A stretch of 64,000 nt of DNA from contig OX597821.1 of NCBI GenBank assembly GCA_951406725.2, forward strand, positions 7,688,001 through 7,752,000. The letters are read 5' to 3'. The stretch comes from Octopus vulgaris (lineage: Eukaryota). Position 1 is the first letter of the stretch; each line of letters begins with the position of its first letter. Shown here piece by piece: positions 49,101 to 60,932 of the stretch. The notes under the pieces were generated by a model. The model was not told the DNA's origin, made no database searches, and was given only the letters and a program-made list of their open reading frames with translations. The translations under genes and the position numbers were made by a program.

Positions 49101-52100
49101 GAGAGAGAGAGAAAGACACACACACACACAGAAGACTTCTTCAAATTTCCTGAATAAATCCGATGCTCAATCTCCGTCTTGAATAAAGAAAGTCTTAATA
49201 ATTATCAAGATGTCACAAGATGAAACTGTTTACTTAGTCAATACCTCAACAATAAAACACAGAGAATCCCTCATTATTCTATGGACTGTGGGGTTTTTTT
49301 TGTCAAACAGGTCAGCACACATCAGAATCATTTCTTTTTCCCAAATTATTATCTCCCAAGATGGATCACCAGGCCAAGTCTTAGTCATGCTTTCCATTTT
49401 CAGAACAAAGTAGAATATATTGGATATAGACAATACAGCAGCAATTCCAATCAACACTAAAACACCTCCTCATGTCAATAATTACTGACATCTCAAATAT
49501 TACTGCCCACCACAAAATCCAGTCCTTGTTGCAGTGTAGTGGCTTATGTTACTCGATGACCCTCAGATCTATGTCAGCAGTGTCCAAGTTCCTGGTAGAA
49601 CCTCCAATGCTGGACCAGTCAAAGGACAGGAGTCAGATTAATATGAACCACTTCTTTCTAGAGCTAAAAACGAGTTTGCATAGGACCAACACCCCTAACT
49701 AGGAAAAAGCAAAGTTACAGAAGCATTGATGACAATTCAGAACCTAAAAGATCCTGAGAGAAGGTCCTTCCTCGGGGAGAAAAGATGACAGCAGTGGGAG
49801 CAAACCAATATTTTGCATAACATGTCAGGTTTTGACCTGGAACCCATAAGGGAAGAAAAGAGGACACCATTTAAGTAGTTGGGGGCAGGAGACTGAAGTA
49901 GAGCTGAAAAGAAGAAGAGACAACAAGGGCAGAAGAGAAAAGTCATTGATGGACCTTTGCTCCACAGGAAGCAAAGGGCTTATGTAAGTAATTATTATTA
50001 CATTGTTGCGTGAAGAAAATGACAATACTGAAAGCTTTAACAATCTTTAGTATTATTTATGCTTGAGCAAGATTTATTACATAAGTTTGCCTTGCAACCA
50101 CACAGTTTCAATTTCAGTTCCATAATATGGCACCTTGGGCAAGTGACACCCCAGACCAATATTTTTTAAGTGAATTATTTATGGTCAACAACAGTGGGAA
50201 GTCTATATATGCATGTGAGAGTGAGTGTGTGAATGTTGACATTAAATGAGCAAAACGGTGATGTTAACAGCCCTTAATATTATGACTGATTGCTCTGCAC
50301 TCTTCAAGACCTGTAAAATAAAACATCCCTTACTTGGAAAAACAGGTAAAGGTCAGCAACAAGAGTAGCATCCAGCTGTAAAGTCCTACCTCAAATATGT
50401 TCCCACCCAAAAGACAAGCAGTTTATCAAACAAACAACTAAATGAACAAAGAAATTATATCTGGCAGTGATTGCAGGATCAACACTAATTGGAATCTGTA
50501 TCATATATAAGAATGCATGTCAGGGAAATGTGTCCTGTGTTAATTTTGACATCACACATGCTCCTTACTCTTAAATAAGCCAAAAAGACCAATAAATTTT
50601 TTTATCCTTACATATTGATAATCTAAGCATTAGAGGATTAAATGGCTACAGAGAAACTCTTAATACTTACAAGATCAGCCAACAAAGCTTTGAAATGCTG
50701 AATGGCTTCATCTTTCTTGTGTTGTTCTCGTTCTTTGTCTCGCTCTCGGAGAGAATTAGATAGTGTCCGTTGGACTTCCTTCTCTCGTTCTCTTAGACTG
50801 GCTTCAACACGTTCTTGTTTTTCCCTTTGCTTACGATCTTCGTCATCTGATTCCTTCACGGAAAAAATAACAATAAGAAAAAGCTTGATAAGTTAATCAC
50901 ACTCACAATATTGACACTGACATCAGAATAAAAGTTCTGTTTTTGAATTCATATTCCGGTGGCACATAAAAGGCACCTGGCACCCTCTGCTAAGTGGTTG
51001 GTGTTAGGAAGGACATCCACCTGTAGAAACCATACCACAACAGACAGCTAGAATCGAAACAATTCCCTACTAGCCAGCCCCATGTCAAACCGTCCGACCC
51101 ATGCCAGCATAGAGACTGGATAATAAACAATGATGATGATGATAATTCCCATAAAAAACATGATGGGTCTGAAAGGAGTGGCTGTGGGGTAAGTAGCTTG
51201 CTTACTAACCACATGGTTCCAGGTTCAGTCCCACTGCATGGCACCTTGGGTAAGTAAGTGTCTTCTACTATAGCCTTGGGCCGACCAAAGCCTTGAGTGG
51301 ATTTGGTAGACAGAAACTGAAAGAAGCCCATCGTATATATGTATATATTGTGTATCTGTGTTTGTCTCCCCAACATCACTTGACAACCAATGCTGGTGTG
51401 TTTAGGTCCCTGTAACTTAGCAGTTCGGCAAAAGAGACCGACAGAATAAGTACTGGGCTTACAAAGAATAAGTCCTGGGGTTGATTTGATTCAACTAAAG
51501 GCGGTGCTCCAGCATGGCCACAGTCAAATGACTGAAACAAGTAAAAGAATCTTTGTACAGACCTATATTTAGCACAACTAAACTGTAATGAAACAAAGAA
51601 AAAACCTGTATGTAATCACTAGTAAAAAATATCTATCAAATGGCGGTGCCCCAGCATGGCCACAGCTCATGAGCTGAAACTAGATAAAATTTTAAAAAAT
51701 AAAAAATCTTTTTCCCAAACCACATTCCACTATCCTCAATAAGAACACGTATTAAATAATGTAATCCTATATGCTCCTAAAAACACATATTTGTCATGTT
51801 TGAATGTCTCTGATCATACATAGGAATGCACTAACCAAGTCAACGGAAGGTCAAATAACAACTAAATTATCAAGCAGGGGTATTGTGTGTCATCATCATT
51901 TTGAAGTTCATTTTCCCATGTCTGCACCAGTCAGACAGAATTCAATGAGACAGATTCTCTACAACTGAATACCTTATCTCCACCTATTTCCAAGCAAAGT
52001 GATATTTCTCCAAAGTCAGATATGCTTAACATGGAAGATGAGAAATTAACATTGCTTATATGACAGTGACACCAGTTTGCAAACAACCATCAGGCGTTGT

Positions 52101-52271
52101 TGTTAGGACAAGGACAGAGACAATCCATTCAACAGGCATCTATAATGTCTATCCAATTTCATTGTCATCAGTTTCAGTTAACCCAAGTCCTATGATAGTA
52201 AACACCTACACAGTAGGATCGAACCTAGAACCTTGAGATACAGAAGTAAACTTAACTACTGTGTCACGCTC

Positions 52272-52302
<31 letters not shown>

Positions 52303-53664
52303 ACAAATCATACCTCAATCATCATCAAAATCAGATTAAAGGAAGTCAGGCCAGATTTGAGCTTTCAATCTCTATCAAATACCTTTCTGTATATTGAGCA
52401 TTGTTCTTAACCTATGATTCTGAAATGACAATGAAGTGAGTAGCAATATATTAAAACTAACCTCTAACACCAAAACTAGTCTTCTATTGCAAGCAGGTAT
52501 GACTTAAGTGATTACATAGTTATGAGCAAAGACCTTCTCAGCACTTTTCCTCTTGCCCCAGTGGAATACCTGGGAGGTGACTGCTTGAAGGATTGAGTGG
52601 GGTTTGCACCAACACTAGGCAAGTAGTTATTTTCAGTTGAATAAACAGGAGCAATGTCATATTATTTGCCTTACTAAAAACACAACATGCTACCCAGTCC
52701 AATAATTGAACCTACAACCTCATGGTAAGTCCAACACCTTAGCAACTAAACCACATGCCAACATAATGCATTGCCCTCCCCTATATAGTCTTGTACCTCC
52801 ACCTTCCCACACTCCTGGATCCCCTGCCCCACTCACTTCTACCCTTTAGGGTTTACCCTCACACCTCATCACCACTATTTTATCTCTTCATAATTTCACC
52901 CAGATCACTCCCACCTTCTCTTCTAAAATCTAAGTAGTTGTGTAGCTCCTTTACAGCAAGAAACCTGTTCTGCTCTGGCCCCTTTGCGCATACATTAACC
53001 CTTCACCTCCAAGCAAAAAGCCACTCGCTTAGGATTATTAGCTTTGCAAGCTACATGCTGACCTAAATACACACTGTGAAGTGGTTGGCATCAGGAAGGT
53101 CACCAAACTGTAAAACTCGTGCCAGAGCAGACGCAGGAACATGATGCATTCTTGGACACATTGAATCCTGTCAAACCATCCAATCATTACCAATGCAGAC
53201 CAAGGATGTCAAATGATAATCCTTTCTACTATAGACACAAGGCCTGAAATTTTGGGAGCGGGAACTAGTCGATTACATCAACCCCAGTGTTGCATGGGTA
53301 CTTAATTTATCGACCCTGAAAGAATGAAAGGCTAAGTCGACCTTGGTGGAATTTGAACTCAGAACGCAAAGATGGATGAAATGCCACTAAGCATTTTGCC
53401 CAGCATGCTAACGATTCTGCCAGCTCCCTGCCTTTGGGTGTCAAATGATAATGACATTCACGTACAATTAATTTAATGAGAAAAAGATTGAATTACCTCC
53501 TCCATGTTTTTCACATAATCTCGGAACCAGTCCTCTCGACGAGAACTACTTTCCACAGCTTTATATCTAGGATCGGAATCGATCTTTTTCTTGATTTCAC
53601 TCCAGCGAGAATTACGTTCAATAATTGAAGTCTCTTTCAGAAGCTGCATAAACTCGGCTTTCAA
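42991..53664 (-). CDS. TCERG1: Transcription elongation regulator 1 (TCERG1/CA150), FF-domain C-terminal part; 5'-partial: complement(join(42991..43131,43253..43313,45164..45264,46332..46415,48487..48666,50671..50853,53497..53664))
   Basis: Seven GT-AG exons splice in frame and encode tandem FF repeats (F..LL.E, W..., DPRY), ending in the TCERG1-type C-terminus DLDRKGVPPPPTASEPSRRTTK*. Confidence 0.96.
43253..43313 (-). CDS. TCERG1: TCERG1 exon (61 nt): (R)SKKMIEENEIHLKDIETILQ
   Basis: cttcag acceptor and gtaaga donor; phase 2 in, phase 0 out. Confidence 0.94.
45164..45264 (-). CDS. TCERG1: TCERG1 exon (101 nt): KREKEFEDYRYEQIAQAKADFRELLKETKLVTY(R)
   Basis: Poly-T tract plus tttcag acceptor and gtatgt donor; AKADFR.LLKETK motif. 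Confidence 0.95.
46332..46415 (-). CDS. TCERG1: TCERG1 exon (84 nt): ITLTSSWKDVKKMIKDDPRYSKFSSSDR
   Basis: ccttag acceptor and gtaagt donor; FF domain core. Confidence 0.95.
47275..47673 (+). mobile_element. SINE family A (older copy)
   Basis: Homology to 5565-5986. Confidence 0.75.
47950..48400 (+). mobile_element. Degenerate LINE 3' fragment
   Basis: C-rich block with segments resembling the LINE at 6570-7100 (…gtttccctc…cactactac…); no intact ORF. Confidence 0.35.
48487..48666 (-). CDS. TCERG1: TCERG1 exon (180 nt): VRNSESSWRETRKQLRKDHRWELADLLDRDEKEKLFEEHIDILNKKNKEMFHKLLDETLQ
   Basis: ctgaag acceptor and gtaagc donor; LRKDHRW and EKEKLF motifs. Confidence 0.95.
49520..49992 (+). mobile_element. 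Internally deleted RTE-like element; related 5' piece at ~44010-44250
   Basis: Ends gacctttgctccacaggaagcaaagggcttatgtaagtaa (RTE-like LC..G end with a taag tail); shares segments such as tttgcatagga..aacacc and gatcctgagaga with 44010-44250. Confidence 0.4.
50671..50853 (-). CDS. TCERG1: TCERG1 exon (183 nt): ESDDEDRKQREKQERVEASLREREKEVQRTLSNSLRERDKEREQHKKDEAIQHFKALLADL
   Basis: gtgaag acceptor after a T tract and gtaagt donor; ASLREREKEVQ...EAIQHFKALL is TCERG1-like. Confidence 0.95.
51173..51549 (+). mobile_element. SINE family A
   Basis: Homology to 5565-5986. Confidence 0.8.
53497..53664 (-). CDS. TCERG1: TCERG1 exon (168 nt): LKAEFMQLLKETSIIERNSRWSEIKKKIDSDPRYKAVESSSRREDWFRDYVKNMEE
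   Basis: ttacag acceptor and gtaatt donor; FF domain. Confidence 0.95.
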
Positions 53665-55536
53665 CTGTAACGGAAAAACACTAAGATCAAGCCAGGCATA
53701 TCAACTGAGTGGGAAGCAGAGAAAAAACTGAAAGAGAGCTGCACCACGCATATTATTTATTCACTGACATAAGGGACACAACTGACATGTTTAGCTGTGG
53801 AGAAATATATTATAGATAAAACAGCAAGGTTGAATTTTGTTATTAATGCATGTATTGGTATGTGTGAGTGCATATGTGTATGTAGGAGTGAATGAGTGAG
53901 TGTGCACACATATTTCTGTAGAGAAACAAGTTGAAATTCAAATTAAAAGCATTTTTCTTTCTTCTTCATTCTCATTTAATGTGAAAATATATTTGGATAA
54001 TTCTCAAATATTGTCACAATGGTCATGTTGCTGGTGCCACAATTAAGAAGAGAGGCAGCTGAGCAACAGTGCATAGCACAATTTATACAACTATACACAA
54101 AACAGCAATCAGAACAAATTAAACAATGTTTAAGAAACAAAAGTCAAGTAAAATACCTGACCATGGTATTATATGTATAAACAATGTCTTGACAAATGTT
54201 AGGAGGGGAGAGAATCAGCTCTGACCAATGGAACAGTGAATTTAGAGGCTGTATGATGACAGTGGAATAGCAAAAACGAAGAAAAAAAATATAACTCATC
54301 GTTTCACTTAGAACTAACTACAGAATTTTAAATCCAAATGATTACAAACAGTAATGATTCTGTCAGACTAATTCTAAAAAGCTGAAAAGTAAAGAAAATT
54401 AAAAACAAAATCACACACATACAAAAATAAAAATAATCCCTAATATTTGTTACAAGAAAATAAACAAAGGTAGCAAAGGTAGCAAAGGTAGCTTGTAAAT
54501 GATATTTTACAAGAAAAAACAAAATGATCTTTTTTACAAATTGAGATCTAAATGAACTTATTTGTCACCCATTTCTCCCAATATTTAAAAAGAAATTTCT
54601 ATGTTCAAATCCATGAGAACGAAATCCATCATCAACGAATATATCAATACCTGGCAAAACAACTTTTAGAAAGATAAAACTGAAATCAACAAAATTGAAG
54701 GAAATTATCTCAAATACTAGTTTCACGGTTGAACTGCCTATTAACAAAATGAATATGGGATGATTCCAAGCTATAAGAAATTAGTTAAAAACAATAGCAT
54801 GAGCTACAGATTTTAAATTTGAATCCCAAGAAACACAGACTGCATGTTACTGAAGTTAGCATTGCTATATTCCGTAGTTTCATACAAGCCTTCACTGAAA
54901 CAGCCAGAGGTCAAAACGTAAGCTTCTCTTATCGGTTAATTGAAGGAAAATGTGATAAGATGTCCAATGATGCTGAGAGAAATTATAATTTAAATCAACA
55001 AAACCATATAAATGAAATGCTTATGAAAGATGAAGGGGGAAATAAATAACAGTGAAGTAAAATGCCTTGTAAACCTAACTTCTCAAGACTGAATGGAAAT
55101 GATACTCAAACGAACTTTGTCTCAACTGACTTTTATTAAAGAATGAAGAAGGAAGGCAAAAATGTTAGATCACCGGATAAAATGCCATGCACCGTTTGTT
55201 CAGATTCTTTGCATTGGGGGCCAATAAAATAAAGTACGAGTCAAGTTCTGAGGTCAATTAATTTCACTATTCTCCCTTCACCCCAGCTGCCATTCCCATC
55301 ACCAAAATTTCACACCTTTTAAGTTACAAACAATTTGAGACAGTGATTTGGCAGAATCATAAGAGAGTCAAATCACTTTAGCAATATTTGATCTATTTAC
55401 ATTGTGAGTTCAAATCCCACGGAGGACAACACTGCCTTTCATTACTCCAGGGATATGAAAGTACTAGTCATGCTCTGGTGTCAATATAATCAAATTTGTT
55501 TGCTTTGTGCATAAATTACAAAGATAAACAAATACA

Positions 55537-55705
55537 CACAAGCGTGGCTGCGTGCTAAGAAGCTTACTTCCCAACATCACAGTTCCAGGTTCAGTCCCAC
55601 AGTGTGGCCCCTTGGACAAGTGTCTTCTACTATAGCCCTGGGCTGGCCAAAGCCATGTGAGTGGGTTTGGTAGACAGAACTTGAAAGAAGCCCATCGTGT
55701 GTGTA

Positions 55706-55742
<37 letters not shown>

Positions 55743-55970
55743 GCGTGTGTATCTATATGTGTGTTCTGTCCTCCCATCAGTGCTTGACAACAACTGTTGG
55801 TTTGTTTATGTCCCCATAACTTAGCAGTTCGACAAGAGACCAAACAAAAAGTACTAGGCTCAAGAAAAAGTCCCAGGGGTGGTTTGTTCAACTAAAACCC
55901 TCCAAAGTGGTGTTCTAGCATGGCTGCAGTCAGATGACTGAAACAAGTTAAAGAATAACGGAATAAAAGA
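55537..55970 (+). mobile_element. SINE family A (older copy)
   Basis: Homology to 5565-5986. Confidence 0.75.
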
Positions 55971-56404
55971 ATAATTACAGCTGTGGTTGTTTCTTCGTGG
56001 TACAGTTGCTTTATACCATGGATTGTAGAACGGACAGAAAAAGCAATGGAACTCATTCATGTTTTGAGTGAGGTAAACAAATCGAAATTATAATTGAAGT
56101 TGTAATGTATAACAATCACATAACTCCAAATTATGTAACCACAATTACTATTAATTACAGGTGAAGCACACCTGACCCAAAATCTACATTTAGTTAATAA
56201 TTATTCACTAGAGAAAAATTTAAAAATTTTTTTAAATCCTTCTCTGTTCAAATCAATGCCTGATATTCAGATTAGTCCCACTGTTTATAGCTGACACTGC
56301 AAAGCTGTAAACAGAGACACACAGACAGACACCACCTGCCAATTAAAATGAGCAACTCAAGTAATGAAAGATATAGTAAAATATATAGGAACTCCTGTAA
56401 TTAT

Positions 56405-56525
56405 GTGTGTGTATATCACACACACACACATCTACATACATATGTATGTACGTACATATATATACTTTTATATATTTATGTATATATACACACACACGTA
56501 CATATGTATACACACATGTACATAC

Positions 56526-56556
<31 letters not shown>

Positions 56557-56662
56557 TATATATATATATCTACACACACACACACACATATATATATATA
56601 TCTACACACACACACAATATATATATATATCTACACACACACACACATATATATATATATCT

Positions 56663-56722
<60 letters not shown>

Positions 56723-56762
56723 ACATTATACACACACACACGTGTACATATATACATACATA
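56405..56762. repeat. (CA)n(TA)n compound tandem repeat with higher-order units
   Basis: Directly visible. Confidence 0.92.
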
Positions 56763-56987
56763 TGAGGGGGTGCTGAAAAATTCCTGGCTTTCAGGGTATT
56801 GCAAAAGACCTGGTTAGAAGTTCAACCTTTAAAATTTCTTTTACAGGGCTTAGAAAAACTGAAGAACTATTGCACCAAGAGTGTGAGTCTGAGAGGGGAA
56901 TATGTTGAACAAAATCATTAATCAACAGACCCTACTGCACTTTTTTTTTTTGTACACAAAGCTAGAAACTTTTCAGCACCCTCTCAT
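56761..56987. mobile_element. Mariner-type MITE; related copy at ~36801-37020
   Basis: TIRs tatgagggggtgctgaaaa / ttttcagcaccctctcat; shared internal ttttacagggcttagaaaaactgaag. Confidence 0.7.
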
Positions 56988-58265
56988 GCATATACACGTG
57001 TGTGCGTGCGTGTGTATGTGTGTGTGTGTGTATAAATATATATATATTCATGTATGTGTATATAGCAAAACCCAGAAATAAAATTTCCTATAATTTCCAC
57101 CCATCAAGAGAAATTCAGTTTATTTTACAAACTGCTCCAAAGCAACTGCCAAATACCACCACAGGCTTCACACCAATAGCAAAGTCATATTCATGAGAGG
57201 TACTGTTTTACAGCTTTCTCAAGCAGTGGCCAACAGTTTTAAAGCTTTAATATAGAGTAGAAATCAAAAGACATACAAGTCGCTAATTATAACAGCCAAA
57301 CAATATCAAACAGTGAACAGACTCACATACCAGCAATAAACATTGCTGTTGAGAGTGGGGGGAGAAAAACCAAAAGTTTTCTAACATATTAACCAGTTTC
57401 CTAATAAGTCTCCAACTGAAGACAAAAACTGTCCAATAAAACTCTATATCGACCAAATAACAAAGTGAAATTCTATCCCCATAAAAAACATAATAAATCT
57501 TTTTTTTTTATATAACATTTTATAAACAGTCTACACAAAATAGACTTATTTATTCATTTCCTACCTGCTTCATTAGAAGAGATTTTTTTAAACCATTTTT
57601 CTTCAAAGAAATATCTGTTTTTAAGTCAATGATTGTTAAACTTCTCAGACTATAAGCAAAAGGTAAAAAAAAATTACAAAATGAAATCAAGAACACCGAG
57701 TAACTGATAATAGTAGTAGTAGTGGTAAAGCTAACAACAGAGAAGAAAATCATTTTACAGAATTCATTACAATTAGGCAGTTGTTTGTAACGATTCATAA
57801 ACATGTCTATTCTTGAGCATGACTTTTTAAGAACACTGTTTTCACACCACAAAGTACTGAATATATTTCAAAAAGTAGAGTGCTGTTATTTTTTTTTTTT
57901 TTGTCCCTTTTATAGAATTAATTCACTTTGCAGTTCCATGGCATTCATGTTCACAACTAATAATGAATAAGACTGAAATAGCATTAAATGGGTGTCTATG
58001 TTTCAATGTATGTGTATGAGTAAGTGTGTGTATATACCACATCAACATTTAAAATCTGTTTTCCATGGTGCATGGGTTGAATGATTTGAGAGAAGAGGGC
58101 AAGGCCAGCAGCTACACCATGTTCCAGTTTTTGTTTTCGCAAGGTTACTACAGTTGGATGCCCTTCCTAATGCTAACCACTTCACGGTGTGCCTTTTATG
58201 TGGCACTAGTGCTTTTTAGTGCCATACACACGCACACAGACACATGCATGTATCATCCCATTATA

Positions 58266-59063
58266 TTGGGTCATCCCATAAACAACGTGGGTTTTTTTCT
58301 CAACTGCATGAACTAAAAGTCAGAGAGAGACAGGATAAACTATCTGCATCAACTTGCTATAAAAGCAGGTAGTAATTTTACCTTCTACTTATTCTTAGTG
58401 CAAGTTTTGAAGAGTGCAGTTTGATTTTAACAATTATTTTTTCGAAGCTATAATGGAAGTGACAAAGGAACATGTTCAGCATATTTTGCTTTATGAGTTC
58501 AATAAAGGCAACAACGCAACAGAAAGTGTGAGGAATATTAATGCAGTATATGGGGATTGGACAGTAAGCTTAAGTCAGTGTCAATGGTTGTCTCAGAAAT
58601 TCCGAGTGGAAAACTACAGCCTAGAAAGTGACCCTTATCCTGGAAGATCTGTTGAGTTCAAAGAGGATGTCCTGCAAACCCTGGTGGAACAAAATCCCAT
58701 CGTAACTGTTAAAGAACTAGCAGAGAAGCTTGGATTTGGTCATTCAACTATTCGTTCAACACTTGCATTCCATTGGAAAAGTCATCCAATTGGGTCATTG
58801 GGTTCCTCACTAACTTTCCAAAGTCTAATCGCATGCAGAGAGTGAATGTGTGCTCTTCTTTGCTGTTATATCTCACGAATGAACTCATTTTGGACCAAAT
58901 AGCAACTGGTGATGAGAAATGGGTTCTCTATAAAAATGTTAAGCGCCAAAGACAGTGGGTAGGGAAATGCAAAACACCGGCACTCCAGGCTAAAGAAGGC
59001 TTTCACCCACTTAAGGTGTTTTTATCTGTTTGGTGGGATATGAAAGGTTTAGTCCACCTCTAA
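58266..59063 (+). mobile_element. Decayed, 3'-truncated mariner (Tc1/mariner) element with a frameshifted transposase
   Basis: TA followed by a TIR-like ttgggtcatcccataaa; ATG at 58453 opens MEVTKEHVQHILLYEFNKGNNATES (HTH region); frameshift near 58755; then IATGDEKWVLY and HPLKVFLSVWWD (first catalytic Asp region). The second half and right TIR were not found. Confidence 0.9.
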
Positions 59064-60429
59064 TCTTTAACTTCAATTTCTACAAAGACAGCTTTCTTTT
59101 CTGTGGAAAGGTGGTTTCCATAAAGCTTCGGAATTAGTTATGCTGTTGGATAAATAAAACTATTTATCTACACTTTTCTTTCATTCAATGTTGTTGTTTT
59201 TATTTTTAAGGACACTTAAAGATATTGTGCGTGTCAGGGTTTCTGACAGAGTCCCTATTGCTTTCATTTGAAAAATATTCATTTGAAAAATATTCAGGTC
59301 TTCCTGCAAGCCGTGTGTGTATGTGTTTCATATTGACAAAGAAAGCCCTAAGAAACTAAGGTAAGTTTAACTAACATGACATTAACAGAGAAAACACAAA
59401 GAAACTGATAACACAATTTTACAGAATATCTAAGGCTACCCAGGAAGTACTTTAAAGAACCTTAATAATATCGGCTAACATTTGTAGAAAAATTAATTGA
59501 CTTTGATATTTCGATATTCATTTATTCTTTTGCTATTTAAAAAGGAGCAGGAGATTGTAGTTACACGCGTACCAACTTTAAAGTTACCTATTTCTAACAA
59601 TATCGATGTAGGGAGAAAATAACAAAAACAAAAAAATTTTTTTAATTTGGCAATATACAAATTACACCAAAAATATGAAGATTTCAATATCAAAAGAAAA
59701 GGAGAGTTTTTCATTTTTTTTTTTTTTCCCCCTTTTCTTTTCTTTTGATTAAACTCCAAGTGAAGGCCAAAATATTTCTGAAAAACAAAAATGATTACAG
59801 TATTGGCAGCTCTCAGCTTTACTCAGCTGTCTCTGGCCTGTGCTTTGGTTGAAGTTTTAATTGTAGAAGAAATAATAATAATAATAATATTCAATGAGAT
59901 TCAAAGATTTCTACAGTTATAGACAAAAAGAAGCATTTTCTATTGTGGGTAATTTTGAAATTACTATTGTTTTCTCAACAGCTATGAGTTTAGTTTTTGT
60001 ATGTATATATATTGTGTGAAATAGTCTTGATGCCAACATATGTTAAGTTTATATGTAATTTTTCTTATTCAATAAATGAAAGTTTTAAATAAAACAAGGT
60101 AATACTTTGCACATTATCAGATGAATATGATCAAATTCAATATTATCAAAAGTAGTTGATTTTGTTTTTACTCTCTTTATCAATTTGAAATTTTACAACT
60201 TGCTCATTTGTACTTAATTTGATTGTCATTACAAACCGTAAAGATTGGAATGCAATTTTACGGTTGTTCTTATTGCAAATGTATGCTAATAACAAGTACA
60301 AAATAATTTTTAATCATTTCCGTTATATAAAATTACTCTTCAATGAGTTATATGTAGAAATAAATAAAATGCAATTTAATTGAATTTCTTTTATGTAAAA
60401 AAAAAAACGTTTTCAATTATCCTAGCCCA

Positions 60430-60932
60430 AATGCATATATATGTACACATGTATGTGTATATATATATATATACATACATACACATATATAAACATACAT
60501 ACATGTGTAAAAATATACACATATATACATTAACACACACACAAACTTGTATACATATGCATATACATACACATATATACACACAAATATAGACATACAA
60601 ACATATATATATATATATATATATATACATAGACTTCTGCATACATAACTACATGCATAACATCTACACACATACACATATGTACATAAATATATGCACA
60701 TACATAAGCAAATATGCACACACATATGCATACGTACACATATACACAGACACAGATATATATACACACATACCTACATATGTAAATACATACATATACA
60801 TATGTATATACATATATGTACATATATGCATATGTACATACATACATTATACATACACATGCATACATGCATGCATACATACATACATACATACATGCAT
60901 GTATGTATATTTGCATGCATGTATATATGTGT
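60430..60932. repeat. Degenerate (CATA/TA/CA)n tract
   Basis: Directly visible. Confidence 0.9.

Noticed and set aside
56343-56817. ORFs of 90-142 aa rich in Y/I/H/T/C/V (also at 540-1131 and 60380-60955)
   Set aside because: Translations of dinucleotide microsatellites.
58414-59063. Possible domesticated SETMAR-like gene
   Set aside because: Frameshifted and truncated before the rest of the catalytic triad, with no SET exon or splice support; a decayed mariner.
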